This document shows, in pieces, positions 60,899 through 64,000 of a stretch of DNA of 64,000 nucleotides. The stretch comes from an uncultured Gemmatimonadales bacterium (GTDB lineage Bacteria > Gemmatimonadota > Gemmatimonadetes > Gemmatimonadales > GWC2-71-9): NCBI GenBank assembly GCA_963771275.1, contig CAVYSW010000010.1, forward strand, positions 64,001 to 128,000. Direction: 5' to 3'. Position 1 is the stretch's first letter; each line of letters starts with the position of its first letter. The position numbers were made by a program, and so were the translations under genes. The notes under the pieces are model-generated. The model was given only the letters and a program-made list of their open reading frames with translations. It did not search any database and was not told the DNA's origin.

Positions 60899-63800
60899 TT
60901 ACGGTCGGCACACGAGCCGCGAGAAGTAGCCCGGTTGTAGGAGGGGTTCTCCCACCGGGGTGATGCTGCCTTCCACGGCATATGTCGTTCCCTCCCGCTG
61001 GATGTTCCACACGACCCGGAACTCGCCGCGGGAGCGCGCCTCCCAGCGCGCCTGCCCGAACAGCCGGAAGACGCCCCACTGCTCGGGATAGCTGAGAATC
61101 TCGAGGTCCCGGCCTCCCACAGTGACGGACAGCGACGCGCCGCGCGCCTGCTCGGCGACCCACTGGAACACTTCGCTCTGGGTGGCGTTGCTCTGCGTGC
61201 GGCTCATCGGGTGCCCATCGATCACGAGCTTGACGCCCCGCGTGCCGGGCGGCGGGGACAACCGCACCGAGAAGCCGAGCCGGGGTCCCTGACCCTGGGC
61301 GTCGAACCACGTGTTCGCCACGCGCATGGCGCGGTTGTAGAAATCCACGAACGCGCGCGAGATCGCGGGGTTCGGGGCGTTCAGCACGTACTCGTTCGCG
61401 CGCCGCACGAGCGCGCCGCCGAGCGCCTCGGCGTTGAGCCGCGCCAGCTCCCCGTCCTGCGGGTGGAAGATCCGGGCCACGTCGCGCAGCTGGGCCGCCG
61501 ATCCCGCGGCGCTGAACGGGAACCGCGTCATCACCTGGTTGTAGTCGGTGCAGACTGCGCGGATCTGCCCGGCGATCTGCTGCCCCGGCAGCCGCTGCAG
61601 CAGCGCCTCCACCCGGGCGAGCGGATCGTCGAGCAGGCGCCGCATGCTGCCGCCCACGTCCGCCGCCTCGTCCGCGCTGCTGAAGGTCCGCACGAGATCC
61701 TGCGCGGCGCCGCGCGCGGCATTTGCCTGGCCGAGGGCCGCCGTGCGCTCAGGATCCCCACCGGCCGAAACCTGCTGCAGCGCCCGCGCGAGCGCGTCCA
61801 GCGCCGTGACGTAGCTGCGATTCGCCTCCACGATGAGCTGGTCGCCCGCGGCCGGCATCACGGCGTGCACCGGCTGGAACACGCGTCCCAGCACGACGGA
61901 GTCCACGCCGGTGTTGGCCGAGACCACGGCAAGCAGCTGCAGCAGCGGCGACCGCGGCGCGGCGAGCGCCGTGATGCCGGTGGCGGCGCCACCCACCCCG
62001 CCGGGGAGCGTCACCTGGGCCGCTCGCAGGAAGTTGCGCCACTGCGTCACGTAGTCCGCCTCGTAGCGCGCGCGCAGCGTGCGTGTGAGGTCGCCGGCGT
62101 TGCCCCCCGCCGCCGCCTGGCAGCTCAGCGCCTGATAGATCCAGTCCTCGCCCGGCGCACTGAGCTCCCCCTTCGCGAACGCGTCGTGGACCAGCCGCCA
62201 GCCGTCGGCGCTGAACGCCGGCGGCACCTCAGCCGTCACGCGGACCAGCGCGTCCGTGAACCGGATCGGCGGCCGGCCTCCGGCCGCTCGGCTGAGCAGC
62301 GACTGGTAGACCCGGTCGACGTCGCTGAACCCGGTCAGCATGGTGCACGCGCGCGTCGCGAGCATCGCGTCCGGCGCGACCGCGCAGGTCGTGCCGCCGC
62401 CGCACAGCTCGCCGCCGTAGAACCGCAGCTGGCGAACGGCGATCGTCCGATCCTCGCCCTCGAGTCGCACGCCCACCGGCGAGCGTCGCAGCAGCGCCTC
62501 GCCGGCGTCCGGCGTGAGGTGGTCGGGCTGAGACGTCACCATCAGGTAGGCGGCCACGCGCCCGTTGGCGCTGTCCAGCGAGACGCCCTCGACGTTCGCG
62601 GTGAGCGCCGTGAGCTCCCGCCGCACCGAGTCGCGGATGCCGTTGAGGAGGAACGACTGCAACGCGTTCCAGTAGACGGACCGGGCCGGGGCGGCCATCG
62701 CGGCGCCGCGGTAGAGACCCCACCGCAGACGCCAGGGCGGCCCGTGCTCCGCGTAGCCGTGCAGCGTCTCGAGCTGGGTCCGCAGCGCGTCGAGAGCGCG
62801 CAGCGCGAGCGGCAGCGGCTCCGAGGCCGCCATCCCGTGCACGGCTTGCGCGGCGCGCACCACGCGCGAGGAGAGCAGGCGGTTGCCGATGAACGAGACG
62901 GTGAAGCCGAGCGCGAACACCAGCCCGAGCGCCGCGACGGAGGCGAAGGCGACGCGCCGCAGCTGGCGCAGCCCGTGACCGGACTGGGTGAGGCCGAGCG
63001 CGACGCGATCCCGCTGGATGACCTCGTGGAACAACCCGTTGAGGAACAGCCACTGCGGCACACGTCGTCCCGGTCCCCGCGGGGGCTCGGCCTGCCGGGC
63101 CAGCGCGGCGCGCTCTTCCGCGGTGAGCACCTGCGTGGCCCGCACGGCGCCGGCGTCCGCCGACGGCGCGGCCGCGGCGGGCGCCCCGTCCACGACGATC
63201 GCGCGCACCCCGGCGAGATAGAAGCCCCGCAGGAACGGGCTCACCTCGAGCTGTCGTGGGCGGCACAGCTCGACGAGAAACTGGTCGGCCAGCGGCGCGA
63301 GCTTGCGCAGCTCGCGCGGAAACTCGTACGCGGTCGCCCGGTCCGCGCCGCCGGCGATGCGCGGCAGAAGGCGCAGCCGTTGCGCCGCGAGCGATCCGAT
63401 CAGCTCCTCGAGCGCGGCGCTGACGCGCTGGTGTTCCCGATCGGCGTGGGCGCCCGCCGCGATCGGTGGAGCCAGCCGCAGCGTGGCGCCGACCGCCTGC
63501 CGGCCCTCCTCGCCGGCCAGTTGGCCGACGAACTCCGGGAAGCAGCGGATGCGATCCGCTTTGGTGAAGATCACGTAGACGGGGAGCCGGATGCCCAGCG
63601 TCCGGGAGACGGTGGAGAGCCGCTCGCGCAGCACGCGAGCCGCGTTCACGACGGGCTCCTGGTCGCCCTTGACCAGGTCCTCGCAGCTGAAGCACACCAC
63701 GGCGGCCCGCGGCGGCTGCGGGCGACCGGCCAGCACGGCGGCGAGCCGCTTGGGCCGCAGCCGCTGCACCAGGTGGCCCCAGCGGCCGGGATCACCCACC

Positions 63801-64000
63801 AGCTTCCCGCCCGGCTCGACGATCAGCACGCCCCGGGCGTACCACAGGTTGACGTTCGTCGTCGGGGCGACACTCTGGCCGCGCGCGGTTTCGCCGGCGA
63901 GCAGGTCGGGCTCGAGCCCGGAATGGAGAATCGTGGTGGTCTTGGCGCTCCCCTCGGCTCCGAGCACCAGAACCAGTGGGAGATCGCTCAGGGCCCGTAC
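60899..64000 (-). CDS. tssM: Type VI secretion membrane complex protein TssM/IcmF (N-terminus beyond the window end)
   Basis: LPLVLVLGAEGSAKTT, LPVYVIFTKAD, YEFPREL, PFLRGFYLAG, TM, RWGLYRG, Y..DY..QW..FL, SPL..LL, FPF, WG.FRLF. Confidence 0.88.
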   Translation of the reverse strand, partial: VRALSDLPLVLVLGAEGSAKTTTILHSGLEPDLLAGETARGQSVAPTTNVNLWYARGVLIVEPGGKLVGDPGRWGHLVQRLRPKRLAAVLAGRPQPPRAAVVCFSCEDLVKGDQEPVVNAARVLRERLSTVSRTLGIRLPVYVIFTKADRIRCFPEFVGQLAGEEGRQAVGATLRLAPPIAAGAHADREHQRVSAALEELIGSLAAQRLRLLPRIAGGADRATAYEFPRELRKLAPLADQFLVELCRPRQLEVSPFLRGFYLAGVRAIVVDGAPAAAAPSADAGAVRATQVLTAEERAALARQAEPPRGPGRRVPQWLFLNGLFHEVIQRDRVALGLTQSGHGLRQLRRVAFASVAALGLVFALGFTVSFIGNRLLSSRVVRAAQAVHGMAASEPLPLALRALDALRTQLETLHGYAEHGPPWRLRWGLYRGAAMAAPARSVYWNALQSFLLNGIRDSVRRELTALTANVEGVSLDSANGRVAAYLMVTSQPDHLTPDAGEALLRRSPVGVRLEGEDRTIAVRQLRFYGGELCGGGTTCAVAPDAMLATRACTMLTGFSDVDRVYQSLLSRAAGGRPPIRFTDALVRVTAEVPPAFSADGWRLVHDAFAKGELSAPGEDWIYQALSCQAAAGGNAGDLTRTLRARYEADYVTQWRNFLRAAQVTLPGGVGGAATGITALAAPRSPLLQLLAVVSANTGVDSVVLGRVFQPVHAVMPAAGDQLIVEANRSYVTALDALARALQQVSAGGDPERTAALGQANAARGAAQDLVRTFSSADEAADVGGSMRRLLDDPLARVEALLQRLPGQQIAGQIRAVCTDYNQVMTRFPFSAAGSAAQLRDVARIFHPQDGELARLNAEALGGALVRRANEYVLNAPNPAISRAFVDFYNRAMRVANTWFDAQGQGPRLGFSVRLSPPPGTRGVKLVIDGHPMSRTQSNATQSEVFQWVAEQARGASLSVTVGGRDLEILSYPEQWGVFRLFGQARWEARSRGEFRVVWNIQREGTTYAVEGSITPVGEPLLQPGYFSRLVCRP

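Overview
Very GC-rich bacterial window, most consistent with a Gemmatimonadota genome bin (inferred from gene content only). In order it holds: the start of a sulfhydrogenase-type (group 3b/AsrAB-like) operon led by three two-component genes; an archaeal-type gatE-gatD pair directly followed by glnS; a small accessory block (NRAMP, Uma2, RHH antitoxin with a broken vapC, Tat-exported GH36-like enzyme, PG-binding cysteine peptidase, tRNA-Ser); a kinase-TolB-TPR gene; an aberrant tRNA with a tRNA-Leu body and a GGU (Thr) anticodon; a folate-domain-free MttB/corrinoid/homocysteine methyltransferase operon; a housekeeping run (DUF2723, purH, purN, selA, valS, thrS, thiolase, bioY, hbd, ldh, glyA, nnrDE, thiL, plsC, eno, ftsB, tRNA-Met); and an accessory region of effector-like and envelope genes ending in T6SS tssM. 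Several single-base +1 frameshifts (gatD, DUF2723, two in eno, the metallopeptidase) look like sequencing errors. Best candidates for new biology: the bacterial GatDE+GlnRS unit, the Leu-body/Thr-anticodon tRNA, the split methyltransferase operon, and 7- and 9-bp repeat arrays that supply stop codons, Shine-Dalgarno sites and in-frame insertions. All calls come from motif recognition by eye; no database searches were run.
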